DNA of 64,000 bases from Octopus sinensis (Eukaryota), in NCBI RefSeq assembly GCF_006345805.1, contig NC_043002.1, forward strand, positions 31,248,001 to 31,312,000, given 5' to 3'. This document shows, piece by piece, positions 37,861 to 51,900 of this stretch; positions within the stretch are counted from its first letter, which is position 1, and each line of letters begins with the position of its first letter. The notes under the pieces were generated by a model. That model ran no database searches. It had not been told where the DNA came from and saw only the letters and a list, made by a program, of their open reading frames with translations. The translations under genes were made by a program, and so were the position numbers.

Positions 37861-40800
37861 ATCAAATTTGTGTGTGTGTATGTGTGTGTGTTTGTGCGTA
37901 TACGATCATAGGATAAATTTGTAATGCATTGTGATAATAAGAATTCGACGTTTCGGGAGCTGACACGTCATCAAACAGGAAAATATTTTACCCAACATGA
38001 AAAGATTTTTCCCTGATGAAGAGTTAATCCCAAAATATCAGATTTGTCTTCTTCTCGAGATTTACAACTTTATCGAAAGGTGGCAACTCCTCAGTAGATA
38101 TTCATATTTGTTTTTACAGACAAACGGATTCATTCAAAGTAAATATTAAGAAGTTTTGAAATCCCATCTGCTTGATAAATGATAGCTTAATGGGGGGTTA
38201 TATAAAATTTAATGCTTATGACACAGAAATCTAGGAAGAAATGCATCGACATAAAGATAACAAAACGTTACATGATAACTTAATACAACTTTAGTCCAGT
38301 TACTTTCAGATTTACCATTTACGATGAATATAGTTGTGCTACTGAACTTATTTAGAGTAAATACAGTTTTGTTTCTTAGTGTGTAATAGTGCTCTTCATC
38401 TTCTTGTTTCAGTGTTGTTATCAACATTAGCTATAATGGTAATGTTCTTGATGTTTCGTGTCAGGATGTCTGCTCAACGTTGGAGCGTTGATGGTAGACA
38501 CTATAACAAACATACGTATATTTATACATGCAGCTTGTGCTTAAAGAAACATATACATGCGTAAACATATGTACATTTCTGACTCTTGCTTTCAGGCTCC
38601 TTTGCTTTTAATCTCTCTCTTGTTCTATTTAAGTACGCATACACACAATCTAATACAAACATCCACTCACACAAACAAGTGTACACACACAAAGCATACA
38701 TGCAAACACAGACATATAAGGGGTAGCATTTCTACGTCTCGGTCTTTTTCGTTTCTCAAGATAACAACTTGGAATACCTTATTATCAGCAATGAAAACAA
38801 ACAGATCGGGCTGTACTGTTTTATTTACGATAACAAAAGACTCTGGACAAGGAAGATCAGACGTAATAAATAGCTAAAACTTGATGTTTTTTGTAGATAT
38901 TCTTCTACAATTTCTGAGTAATTTTAAGGTCCAGCTGTTGAATTCGGCATCAGTCTGCTTTAATAGGCTTCGTATATGAGAAGGTATTTAGTTACAGACT
39001 AAAGGAGTGTTTAGTGAGGAAAACGATGGCAATATATAGAAGTCAAAGACTGTGATTTCAATTCTTATTAGTTTCTTTTCTTGCAACTCTTGTGTTTCAT
39101 TGATTAGCTCAAAACTGGTCTAATAATTTTTTCAACCAAAAATTAACAGTATGTGATCTTGTTGAAATCTTGAGTATGGAGATAGTGAAAATGTTGGCAT
39201 CTGATTCTAGGTTTACGAAACAATGCGATTAGCTTGCCAGTTCACAAAGATATCTTTTTAAAGTTCGGTTTTATCACTGAAGTCTCGTAAGTATTTGTAT
39301 AAATACTAAATGTTGACTAAATATGTTTTTTCGATGGCATTGTTACAGTCAGGCCAGAAACATAATAATGGCTAGAAACATAATAATAGAGAAACTGTAC
39401 AGTATTTTAAAACTGTGCATCTCAACTATTCCTACGGTTGAAATTACAGATTAACTAGAGTATTAGCGCAGCAACTTAAATTTCGATAGTTCAGTTCTTC
39501 TTTTGTTTCTGCGGGCATGTGATTTTTTGATAGATGGTTTTAACTAACATAAGCATTGTGAATATATACCAGTAGACTTTGGAAAAATATTTGAAAACTT
39601 TAAATGCACAGTTTCGTTAAAACTCTCTCATTTCATTGACTTTTAGTAACTAAAGCTTTTGTTGAATTTGGCTTCGACAGACGTTCTAATTCTATCATTT
39701 TATTGTTTCTACACTTATACTGGAATTGAATCGCTAATTATTTTCTCATTGCATAAAAATTCATTACATCTGCTGCGTTATTCACTGAAGATAAGAATCA
39801 ACTGACATTAAATCCTTGGACAAGACTTTATTGAATTATGGATAAAAATGTAAAGTTATCTGTCACCGGATGTGAACACACTTAACTCAGTTACCGTCGT
39901 GGTAATAACAGCCTCGGTTATTACCTCCGGGTATTTCGTTTCTCCGCTGTTCGTTGCCAAATATATTGCGTGTGAGAGGTGATAGTTCTTTGATTGCCTC
40001 ATCTAACCAAAAGTTATTGTATGTAGACGTGAATTGTGGCCCACACCAGACTAACTAACAACTTATACCACCTGGACATGTGCTTAACATCAGAGACAGA
40101 TGCAAAGAATTATGGGTTTTTTCCTGTTCAGTGAAGCGAGAAACTACATCTAAATGTTCATACACTTCATTACACGTACATGGACACGGCAGCTATATGT
40201 TCATCCATTTAACATCAATTCCACATTAAAAATAAATTAAATTGGAAGTAAATAAATAAAAATTGAATAAATAAATGAATAAAGGACTAAAATAGTAAAA
40301 TCAAATGATCGATAAACTAGAAGCAAAAAGAAAGATTAAATGAAAAAAAATGAAAGTTTTTTTAAGAGAAGTATTTACGAAGAATAGATTTTACTACTGG
40401 AAAATTTACTAGCAAATCACAAAATGGTTTATGGTAATTATTTTATTTATTGGAACACAGCTGATAATCATCTTAAAAGCACATTGAACAAACGGCCGAC
40501 ATGACAGTGGTTCGTATCTTGTTGAAGAGGTAGACTTAATGCTGGCGTAAGTTGTTTATTCTTGAAATATTCTTGAAAGTATTCCAGTATATTTAAGGAA
40601 CAAATGTGATACATAGGTTAGTAATAGTTTGACAAAGTCAAGCATACGAAATAATACTTAATTGTCTTTACATTTGTTATTTTCCAATGCTCATTCCAAT
40701 TCCACTGGTGGGTATAGCTTGGAATGCGCCTACTGAGGTGGTATGCGTCTACTGAGAATATCAGGAATATATCAGCAACATAAAACAGAATTAAAAATTA

Positions 40801-41983
40801 CGTCTGAAACGTTTGACTTCCATAGATTTTCTTGGCAAAATAATTAATTTTATGTTTGAAATTTTGTGCTTCTATTTCCTGTCACAAACAGTCACTTTTT
40901 TCCTAGGGATTTATAGTTTTATCTGCTACTGTTGAAGTTGTTTAACATTGATTAACGAGGGTCAAGAAGGCTTTCCATCAAAAGCATTCCATTTCTGACC
41001 ACCCTATCTTGATATATTACTTAATGGAAAATGGTTTTTGAAGAAATGTAGGTTCAAGGGAAACACAGACATAGATTCTTTTCTTAGCTGGTCAGGATGA
41101 AAGGTAAAATTATACTCACCCTCCACTTCTTGGTACATAAGGAAGAAGTTGTTGCACGAAATACAGTTCTCATGTTGAGTTCTAAGGATGAGGAGTTAAT
41201 CAGTGTGCTAAACACACAGTAGTTGTATGTCTACGGCTTTTTGGTATTTCCAGAGGCTTTACAATATCAGAAATCCATCCGAAATCTCAGTAGTTCGTAT
41301 CCCTCTGATCATAAGTCTAAACATAATAGTTATGAAGCTGTGATCGGGTACTTTACTTGATATTAGCTGTGAATGTGATGATTCTTTATGAGTTGGTTGG
41401 CTGAAGAAGTAATTGTGGCTGAGGTGGACCAAGGAAGATATTCATAGTATTAATGAGAGTGGTTCACACATAGTTCATGCCATAAGATATGGATTAATCC
41501 ATTCGTCATTATGTCATCACATTCATCGAGTGTCCCACAGACCAGTGGTAAAAGGGATTGTGGGAACACTGAGAACGCTTCTTACTAGCTCCCCTTCAAT
41601 GAAAGCGAAAAACTGGACGAGGAAGTGATTGTTACTATATTTATCCACTTTGAGAGGATGGAAAAGAAAAGTCGATCTTAGAGATATTTTTGGCTCATCG
41701 TGCAGATGCAGAACCAATGACACAAAACATTTTCTCACGCGCTACATATTCTGTCAATTAACCGTCTTTCAGATGCTGCTGCTGTTGATTGTGATGATGA
41801 CGATGGTGGTTGTGGTGGTGGTGAGGATGGTGGAGGAGGTGGTAGTGGTGGTATGGTAATGGTAATGACAACTGTGTAGGTGCGTAGCTTAGAGATTAGG
41901 AGTATTGGACTCATGATCGTAAGACACACACATACACAAAAACACACACATGTATATATATGTGTTTGTGTATACGTGTGGCT

Positions 41984-42051
<68 letters not shown>

Positions 42052-42104
42052 CATATATGTATGCGTATGTATATATATATATAAATGTGTGTGTGTATAT
42101 ATAT

Positions 42105-42305
42105 TACACGTGAGCTGTTGGCGATTTTTTCCTCCTTCTTTTTCTTTTGGACTTTCCTGTCTCCCGCTTCCGAAGAAGAGCTTTGCTCGAAACGTAAAAC
42201 AACCACTCTTTCTTCCCTTCTCCGAGCGTCTTATTAATACTATCCATGTACGACCTCCTCACGTAGTTGTTTTCCTCTTGTGTCTTTTCTCCCCTTTTTT
42301 CATTA
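42105..42305 (+). mobile_element. Penelope-like pseudo-LTR remnant with minimal hammerhead motif (42166-42200)
   Basis: C-C-GAAGA-A-GAGC-UUU-GCUC-GAAA-CGUA matches the minimal PLE-type hammerhead layout (extra A after the core, palindromic ACGU helix III). Core position 4 is C instead of U. Sits between (TA)n runs. Confidence 0.55.
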
Positions 42306-42353
42306 TATATATATATAATATATATATATATAGAGAGAGAGAGAGATACATAC

Positions 42354-42408
<55 letters not shown>

Positions 42409-42427
42409 ACATGCATATATATATGCA

Positions 42428-42467
<40 letters not shown>

Positions 42468-42889
42468 TAATGTTTTAGTCAGGAGTGTAGTTTATGCCAC
42501 TGACCCCGCAGGACAGTCACGACGGGTGGAAGGAAGGGAAACTTTATCTTCAAAGCCGGAGAGTTGGCCTTTAATGCAGCTGAATTGCCCCCTCTATTTT
42601 TACCCAAGGGACAACCGATGGGTTAAATACAACTGGAATACATTGCATGGTAACGGATAACCTATCGGAAAAAGTAGAAGCTAATGATTTAAGATGATAC
42701 AGATTGATGAATCATAACGAAATGTATTACTATATGTAGATTTGTGTCTTTATGTTCGGAGTTCAAATCCCATATGCATCAGTATTTAACAATAAATACT
42801 GAATAAATCCTGTAAGCTACAAGATCTCGCTCGCGAGAGCCATGATTATACTCATTATTATCCTTATAACCCTTTCCAATCGTCTCAAT

Positions 42890-43030
42890 CGCCACCAACA
42901 TCATGTTCATCATTATCCTGATCATCAGGATTATCATGATCGTGATCATCACTAGCACCGCCAGAACTAACACCAGCACAAACACCACCATCACCATCAG
43001 CAACATCACCACCAGCAAGACCAGTAACTT

Positions 43031-43092
<62 letters not shown>

Positions 43093-43200
43093 ACGTCATT
43101 ATAATCCTGGTTACCATTACAGCCAACACAATCGCAACCACCACCACCATCATTATCATCATAGTCATGAACACTACCACCACCAGCAACAGCAGCAAAA
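42890..43200 (+). repeat. (CAT)/(CAC) low-complexity tract
   Basis: Directly visible. Confidence 0.9.
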
Positions 43201-43714
43201 TTAATAACAGAACTATCAGCCTCATGGAATGGAAAAATCTGAGATTTAGTGATCTAAAATATTAGATCATTAAATCTTAATTACCGTTTTTGGGACGAAA
43301 TTCTGAAACAAAAACAAAAGAAAAATACAATAAAAACACAAAGATAAGACAAAACAAATCTAAACTCATTCATTGTAAACGTTTGTAATTTGGGGTTTCT
43401 CCATATCATTCCTCATTCGTAAAAACCAAAACCCAAAACAAAAGCCAAAAAAGCAAAATAAATAATATCGGTGTCTTTGACACATCTAGAAGATTCTTCA
43501 TATTTATGATGGTTCCTATTGCTATTTCTGGCATTAATTAGCTCGTTATCCAACATATTCTCCCGACTTTGATTTGCAACTTTTGGTGAATTGTGGCTGG
43601 GGTGTGGCTGGTTCTTTTAATTCTCTTCTCTTCCTCTGTTGATATATTTCTTTTATACTTTCATCCTCCTACATAATTCTAATTCTTTATTTCTGTTTCT
43701 CATTCTCTCTCTCA

Positions 43715-43760
<46 letters not shown>

Positions 43761-44378
43761 CTCTTTCTCCTCTTTTCCTATATCTCTTCTCTGTATTTCT
43801 TCCTATCTGTCTTTCCCGTCGTTTTATATTATCTCTCTTTCTTTCTCTCTCTCTCTCTCACATTGTTATACCATCACCGTTTCTATTTAGCTCACAAACC
43901 TCACCTGTTTCTTTTCTCTCTTCAAGTTATTAAAACGTAACTGAATGAATTAAAGTATAGGTTTGTTGGTTGAAGAAAAATCAGCTCAAATTTGGGGTAT
44001 TTTTTGCGATGTTGTTCTTATTAAAATTAAAAGCGTAATATACGTCCCTTCTAACTCAACACAAGTAAAATACGGTTGATATTACTTTTTTCTCATTTTA
44101 AAATAAGAGTGAATGAAAACCATTGTAGTTTCATCAGACCCGTTAGAAACAGTAGCTAATTCCCTTCACATCAGAACATCGTCGTAAGAAGGACTTAAGT
44201 GTATTGTAGTCATGTAATCGAAGATGGTACGAACAGATTAGACTTTCATGAACGTAGTAATTGATCATAGCTAATATATAGTCTTCTTGACTAATTTTTT
44301 TTGCACGTTAGACCACTGGAAATGTAAATTTTGATTGAATATTTTACATTTAATTAAATTCCATTTCCCTTTGATATG

Positions 44379-44419
<41 letters not shown>

Positions 44420-44421
<2 letters not shown>

Positions 44422-44826
44422 CTCTTTACTCTTTACTCTTTTACTTGTTTCAGTCATTTGACTGCGGCCATGCTGGAGCACCGCCTTTAGTCGAGCAAAT
44501 CGACCCCGGGACTTATTCTTTGTAAGCCCAGTACTTATTCTATCGGTCTCTTTTGCCGAACCGCTAAGTGACGGGGACGTAAACACACCAGCATCGGTTG
44601 TCAAGCAATGCTAGCGGGACAAACACACACACACATACATATATATATATACATATATACGACAGGCTTCTTTCAGTTTCCGCCTACCAAATCCACTCAC
44701 AAGGCATTGGTCGGCCCGGGGCTATAGCAGAAAACACTTGCCCAAGATGCCACGCAGTGGGACTGAACCCGGAAACATGTGGTTGGTTAGCAAGCTACTT
44801 ACCACACAGCCACTCCTGCGCCTATA
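44420..44826 (-). mobile_element. SINE family A, full length, well preserved
   Basis: Complete head and tail, close to the apparent consensus of the other copies. Confidence 0.9.
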
Positions 44827-45204
44827 TATATGTGTGTAGTGGCTAACGCTATAGCACATACACATACAAACACACACACAATTAAGACATTATCCTACAA
44901 TATTATTGTCAATATGTACTACACACAAAATTCTCAAGGATACTCTAAATGGTTGGCAACCTTGAAAGATTTTTCCTGTCAATCCAACATACTTCAGAGA
45001 ATCCAACCTCTTCAGGCCACTAATGGTTACATATAGATGGTATTGTTAGGCACAGATATAGTACACGGATTCTGAAAGAAAGAAATCATGTCCACTCAAC
45101 AATACAACCACACACATTCTGTTATATATGCATATACTTATATACACATACATATATGTGTAAATATATACATATATGTATATATATAGAAGTGTGTATA
45201 TATT

Positions 45205-45247
<43 letters not shown>

Positions 45248-46409
45248 TATATATACATGTGTATATACATATATATATATATGTGTGTGTGTATATACAT
45301 ATATATAGAGAGAGATATGTGTGTATGTGTATACATATATAAATGTGTGTGTTTTGGAGCAAATCACTTCATTTCACGTTGCTCTGTAATCCTTTCGACA
45401 TCTCACATGTAGCACCCAGTTGCACATGTACAGGTAATGTCGATTTGATGGGGAGAGTGAGATTATGTCTACACAAACATTTGACTTCTCTAAAATCGTG
45501 TGTGTGGTTATTGGGTAAGAAATTGTCGAACCTTCATACGTCGTGTAACGACGGAAGAGTCCATTATACATATACTTACGTAAGGATAAGCATATAAAAA
45601 GGTGCCCGTGGGTAAATTCATTTAAATAAAAAGGGTTGGGAACCACTGTTGGGAACTACTGTCAAAACGTTGGAAATGACTGGTTGAACGCTTAAATTCA
45701 ATTATAAAAGTACAGGTAAAATCTACGTCTCTCGTGCCTCATTCACACTGAAAATAACACTTTTTGTCACTTGCCTTAAGAATACAGAAACAAAGATTTA
45801 GAGATACATAGGTTAGTTGATTGATATTTCATAAGAAGCGGATGAACCCTGCGACTTTATTAGGGTAAAATAATTTATATGGTGTAAAAAGCAATGATGT
45901 GTTTGAAAAATTTCTTGTAATGTCGAAGCAGCTATAGCCTTTGTATGGCAAAAGGATTAATTATCAAGAGTCCCTCCAATCCTGCGCAAAATACGTAAAA
46001 ATTTCACATATAAAAGCAACGCTAATCGGATATTTATCAATAGTCATCGTTACATATATTGTTACGGATCTCATTAAATAACCTGATTAATTCAAAATCT
46101 AAAATATTTAAAATCACGAAATATAAAATATATTAGCGAACTAAAAACTGAATATATTTATGATGACATTAAATTCCTTAGAATCTAATGTCATCATACT
46201 TACTCGCTAATTCCTTATTATCTTATGATGGATTCAAACCAAATTGAGAAATATGTGAAGTGAATAACCCAAGCAGAAACGAAGCCCATGTTGGTCACAG
46301 TTCAAAGAAGTTCATTCATTGATATATTCATACATTTAATTACGCATGTATCAATTGCACCACAAGGGCCAGTCCTTGTTGTTAATGGTGTGTACCTCAA
46401 TAACCCCCG

Positions 46410-46800
46410 AGAACGATGCCTGCGCAGAGCAGGCTCCTGATAGCGCCTCTACTGTTGGAGAGATCAAATGATTCAGGCCAGACCAATATGGACCACCATT
46501 TCCCAAAGGTAAAGATGGGTTTCGGTACGACTAACATCTCTAACTTATATGAAACATATTTACAAAAGTCTTGACGACAATTCAAAACAACTGAGGGATC
46601 TGGAATATAAAGGACTTCAATAAAAAACTTATGCTCACAGGAGATGCGGAAGACAGAACACTCTAAAATAGATGTAGGCGGGATATTGAGGCAAAGCCAA
46701 AACGCAGAAATGACAGCCCAGACCCGAGAAGAGTGGAAAAAATTGTCGTTAGATTATGCCCCATAGTAAATATGTAAGTTGGTAAGTATATTATGTAAGT
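46410..46800 (+). mobile_element. RTE-clade LINE 3' fragment, decayed
   Basis: Disrupted frames give RCLRR...LYCWRD and RRDIEA...AEMTAQTREEWKKL, similar to RTE ORF ends. Short GTAA-rich tail. Confidence 0.55.
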
Positions 46801-47609
46801 TTTATTCATTATCTTAAAGATGATAAAAACGTTGATACATTAACAAGAACAACTAGATTTTTAAAAAGTCAACATAGATTCTAACTCTAGGTTCGATCCT
46901 CTGTTGGTGATATTTTGCTGCCAGTTTCAAGGATATACATCAGCTAATCACATTATAGAGATTTTCAATAAGAATTATCAAACACAAGTAAAAACGAACG
47001 TAGACACACACAGTGAGAATGTGTGCATGTACGTGACAGTGTGTGTGCTTGTATGTGTGTGTGCGTGTGTGTGTGTGTGCTTGTGTGTGTGGGTGTGTGT
47101 GGGTGTCTGTGTCTGTGTCTGTGTGTGCTTGTGAAAGAGATAGTTCGTTTGCTAGTATGTGTATGTGTGTGCATGTTTGTATTTGGATGTATGTATAAGA
47201 GAGAAAGAAAGAGATAAAAATGGAATAGAGAAATAGAATATATAAGAGATAAGAATGAAGAAAGAAAGTCAGAAAGAGAGCGAGGTGGAGAGAGACAGAG
47301 TGGGGAGAGGAAGATGGAGCATCCATCTGAAAGAACAATCACAGTTGACTTGCAATGACAACCAATCAATAAAGACAAAGCTGAAGTTCCAGTATAACAT
47401 GATATCGGAAGGAAGATTTCAAATTAAGATGTCAGTGAACTACACACCCCGGCACCATTTCCTGAGTTTTTACCTCCAGGGAGGCCAAGCAATAATTATC
47501 AGAACGCTCTTTCACAACCACTACAGCTTTCATCTAATAAATTACAAATGGTGTTTCAATGAAATTTCTTGAACCCAATTCCTGTAGAGATCAAAAGTGT
47601 CCGGTTTCC

Positions 47610-47643
<34 letters not shown>

Positions 47644-47911
47644 GCAGCAGCAGCAGCAACACCGCCGGTGAAAGGAACATCAGCAGTAACACCAGTAAAG
47701 ACAGCATGAGGAAAAGTAGCAGCTTGGTCAGCGTAAGAAGCAGCATTATCAAAATATTCATCGAAGATTTTTATGAAACGTTGTTGCTAGTCGTTGGTTT
47801 CGAAATTAATTACACACACACATACACATACACACATGGTTGCACATAGACATACACATGCTCGTACGCACGCACGTACACACACATTTGAGCTTGTAAA
47901 CACCTGTAGAT

Positions 47912-48010
<99 letters not shown>

Positions 48011-48028
48011 GGAGATAGATAGATAGAT

Positions 48029-48059
<31 letters not shown>

Positions 48060-48163
48060 TGTGTGTGTCTTTGAATGCATGTGCGGCTGTGTCTGTTTTT
48101 GTGTCTTTTCCCCACCACCGCTTGACAAACGGTTCGGCAAAAGCGACGGATAATATATCTGGC

Positions 48164-48196
<33 letters not shown>

Positions 48197-48727
48197 TAAA
48201 GAGGCATACTCGCACACATAAAGAAGCACGCACACACACATTTATGTATGTGCCCACGTATATATATATATGTGTTTGTTTGCACACGCGTGTATCTCGG
48301 TGTTTGTTTATTCTCCACCTCCGCTTGACAAACGGTTCGGCAAAAGAGACCGACAAAATAACACCTGGCTATGAATAAAGTATTAGGAGCGATTTTTTCA
48401 GGGGCCTCATGTCTGAAAGAAATTAAAGATAAAAAATATCTATTACATATGCACACACATGCCCACACATATACAGGAAATCTAAGCACAATAAATCAAG
48501 GTTGTTATATGGAAGATAACAAATAGCTCTGTTTAAATTTATCTGTTTGCTCGTTTACAACTTTCAGTCATTAGACTACGGCCATTCTCTTCATCAAATT
48601 AACGTTCCTTGAACAGGTTCACGGTGTATCACTCAGGTGTCGAGAAGTAGTCGCAGAGGAACGTGAGATGAAGTGATTTGCTGAAGAACACAACTCACCA
48701 CCAGGTCTGAGAATTGAAACTACTCTC

Positions 48728-48730
<3 letters not shown>

Positions 48731-48777
<47 letters not shown>

Positions 48778-48822
48778 ATATATATACACATACAATAATA
48801 TATATGTATATATATATATATA

Positions 48823-48868
<46 letters not shown>

Positions 48869-48918
48869 CAATAATATATATGTATATATATATATATATA
48901 CATATGTATATATATATA

Positions 48919-48985
<67 letters not shown>

Positions 48986-49006
48986 CAATAATATATATGT
49001 ATATAT

Positions 49007-49067
<61 letters not shown>

Positions 49068-49080
49068 TATATATATATAC
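48731..49080. repeat. Long (TA)n tract with a thrice-repeated internal motif
   Basis: tacacatacaataatatatatgtata recurs at ~48785, ~48861 and ~48979. Confidence 0.9.
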
Positions 49081-49399
49081 AGACACGCACACATACAAAG
49101 ATATGACAGAAGTAAATAGACACACCATAAAACATTGTTTTATGCTTATTCTAACTTTTATGTTTCAGGTCCTATAAGTGACTGTTTAATCATGCAATCT
49201 ACAAAGGAAGCTGTGGGATCCCGCTTTCTACAGTTAACAGGATGATTGTGCAATCAACCAAAGAACGAAAGGAGTCCACATCACCTCGCCCTAATCAACC
49301 AGGGCCATTAGAGAGGACCCTTCTCTTTGCTACGGGAAGTGTGGAGGATAATTCTAGTTACAAGTCTTCTGACATAGCAGATAAGTTTTACATCAGTCC

Positions 49400-49883
49400 C
49401 ACAAAAGACTTTTAGATGATTGTTCACACGGAGCCCATAGCGATAATGAGTGTCGCTTTAAAATATTCCTTTATAAGGAGTGACGTCAAAATGGTTGGAT
49501 GTAGAAGATTCTAGAAGGTTCTAAAGGTTCAAGGGTTCATATGACCTGCACCCTTTCACCTTCCTATTCTTATGCCTCTCTCCTCCAACTTCGTTTGAAC
49601 CCTTGAACCTTTAGAACCTTCTAGAATCTTCTACATCCAACCATCTTGACGTCACTCCTTATAAAGGAATATTTTAAAGAGACACTCATTATCGCTATGG
49701 GCTCCGTGTGAGGAATCATCTAAAAGTTTTTTGTGCATTTTGATGTTGACATAAGTTCCTTGCTTTTCCTGATGAGAAAGCGGCATAATGTACTCCTCAT
49801 TCCTTCGCAATTAGGAATATGCAGCCTTCGAAACATATTTCGAAAATAAAGGAATTTTGTTAATTCGTCGTTCAACTCCATTC

Positions 49884-49900
<17 letters not shown>
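49400..49900 (+). mobile_element. Inverted-repeat element with downstream hammerhead, Penelope-like pseudo-LTR type
   Basis: Arms 49400-49539 and 49596-49735 are 140 bp each, with 5 mismatches and no indels by manual alignment; the spacer is 56 bp. The right arm continues into a hammerhead motif and AATAAA. Confidence 0.75.
49758..49852 (+). ncRNA. Type I hammerhead ribozyme, one helix III substitution
   Basis: CUGAUGA at 49769-49775. Helix II GAAAGCGGCAUA/UAUGCAGCCUUC pairs 10 of 12. GAAA at 49830-49833. Helix III ACAUAUUU is one change from palindromic ACAUAUGU. Cleavage triplet UUC ends at 49841. Helix I CCUUGCUUUUC/GAAAAUAAAGG pairs 9 of 11. Confidence 0.7.
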
Positions 49901-49950
<50 letters not shown>

Positions 49951-50539
49951 ATATATATATATGTAGAAAGATTTATAGATAGATAGATATAGATAAAGAG
50001 ACTTACATACATACATACATGCATACATACATACAAACATGCATACATATATTTCTATATATAAATATATATGTATGCATGTATGTATGTATGTAAATAC
50101 ATCTATATGTATTATATAAACACACATACATGCACTCACAAACATATGTAAGTATTCGACATTAGGCTTTACACATCGGATACGCAGGGGTCATATATTT
50201 ATCCCCTCATTTTTATTCTGGTTATTCTGATTAGGGAAATACCGAACACGATGTAGAAGTGAAATATTACACCATTACGTTAAGCTAGGATCGGCGGATA
50301 AATATGCATGCTTATATGTATGTGTTATGTGTATGTAATAATATGTTTAGTTTGTCTATATGTTTCTTTACACACATACAAACTTACATCCACACAGTTG
50401 CTGACACGGGTGAGAGTGTTGGTGGGAGGTAGTTGAAAATAAGGAGAACGAAATAGCAGAGAGTAGATTGGTTAATTTCATGGCCAGAAACTTAGGATTC
50501 ATGTTGCCAAAATTTGCTTCATGGAAAAACAATAATTAT

Positions 50540-50546
50540 AGCCACC

Positions 50547-50598
<52 letters not shown>

Positions 50599-50724
50599 TC
50601 AACAACGACAAGAATAATAACAGCAACGCCAGCAATACCCTTACCATTTCCAACACCAATATAATCAAAGCTGCAACCACTGATACCAGCATAACAACTC
50701 TTACGCAGAAAACAACAATAGCAT

Positions 50725-50761
<37 letters not shown>

Positions 50762-50837
50762 GATACTGCTGCTACTGCTGCTGTTGCTGCGGCTGCTGCT
50801 GCTGTTGCCATTACTACTACTACTACTACTACTACTA

Positions 50838-50905
<68 letters not shown>
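50540..50905 (+). repeat. Compound (CAC)(AAC)...(TAC)(GCT)(TAC) tract
   Basis: Directly visible. Confidence 0.9.
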
Positions 50906-51813
50906 AAGAGATAAATGAACATAGATGTGTTTGATATAGCTGCTAAAGACAATTGTCAAAATGCCCCTCAAATCCCATTCTACTGGGGGTTTTTTTCTTG
51001 TCTTTTCCCTTTTTTATCTTGAACACATACCAAGAAGTTGTGACTAAAGTCGCTAAACAGTTCTGATGGCCGCAGATGGACTACTGAATCAATATAAATC
51101 CTTAAATCCTTAAAAATGTTTTAACTTGAAGGCCGCGGCCATGCTGGGGCACCACCGCTGTTATATATGGTTATATAAAATGTAGAAGTGGCCTAGAGTT
51201 AAACCTCAAGAAATATCAAAAACAGCAGCTGAAGGAAAATAAGAATGATAATAAAAGGCAATCATTATATCCAGCTTAACGTGGATGTTAAGTTAGAACA
51301 GCGAATACTGCGTTATTGAACTTGAGAGAAGCTCTCATATGGATCCACCCCCTCATTCACATAGTCCCCACTCCCTACATTCACTGAGATTTCAGCAAAA
51401 ATACTGGGGCCCGGCACTTATCCCTCACTTTCCTTTCATGTGAAAAAGTCGATGAAAGCCTCACTGAAGAGGAAAGTATCTGTCATCAATCCCTTCAAAC
51501 TCATCCAACACACTACAATTTTTGCTAGACGCCAGAAGAAGGCTGCGGAAAGACGGTGGTCTCGGCCGATAACCCGATACATCCTACACGCAACAACAAC
51601 TGTCCGATAAAGCTCTATATGTCAAAAACGCGCCCACATTGAATGAGCACTTTTCATAGCTTTGAGCACGTCTTGGATAGGTCCTTCTGACGACTCACTC
51701 GCATCTGAAGAGCTTGAGTCGAATCATAAGACCGTCCCTTCTCGGCAGCATTGCCAGGCCAGGGCTTTCTGAAAGTTATCTATACTCCTCGAAAATTTTC
51801 CGAAAACGACCAG

Positions 51814-51900
51814 GTAACTGATTTCCCCGACGAACAGTTTCCTCGAAGAGGTCGTCGCACTTGGCCGCCACTAATCCCCTATTATACTCCAATGTGGGAC
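51814..51900 (+). mobile_element. Possible rosa/maT-like transposase fragment
   Basis: VTDFPDEQFPRRGRRTWPPLIPYYTPMWD resembles the FLDEQFP...RRG..WPPRSPDLTP motif. Short and degenerate. Confidence 0.35.

Noticed and set aside
38870-41740. Microsatellite-poor stretch as a possible gene or TE ORF
   Set aside because: All frames are frequently interrupted. One good minus-strand donor (41119/41120) has no convincing acceptor or recognisable peptide.
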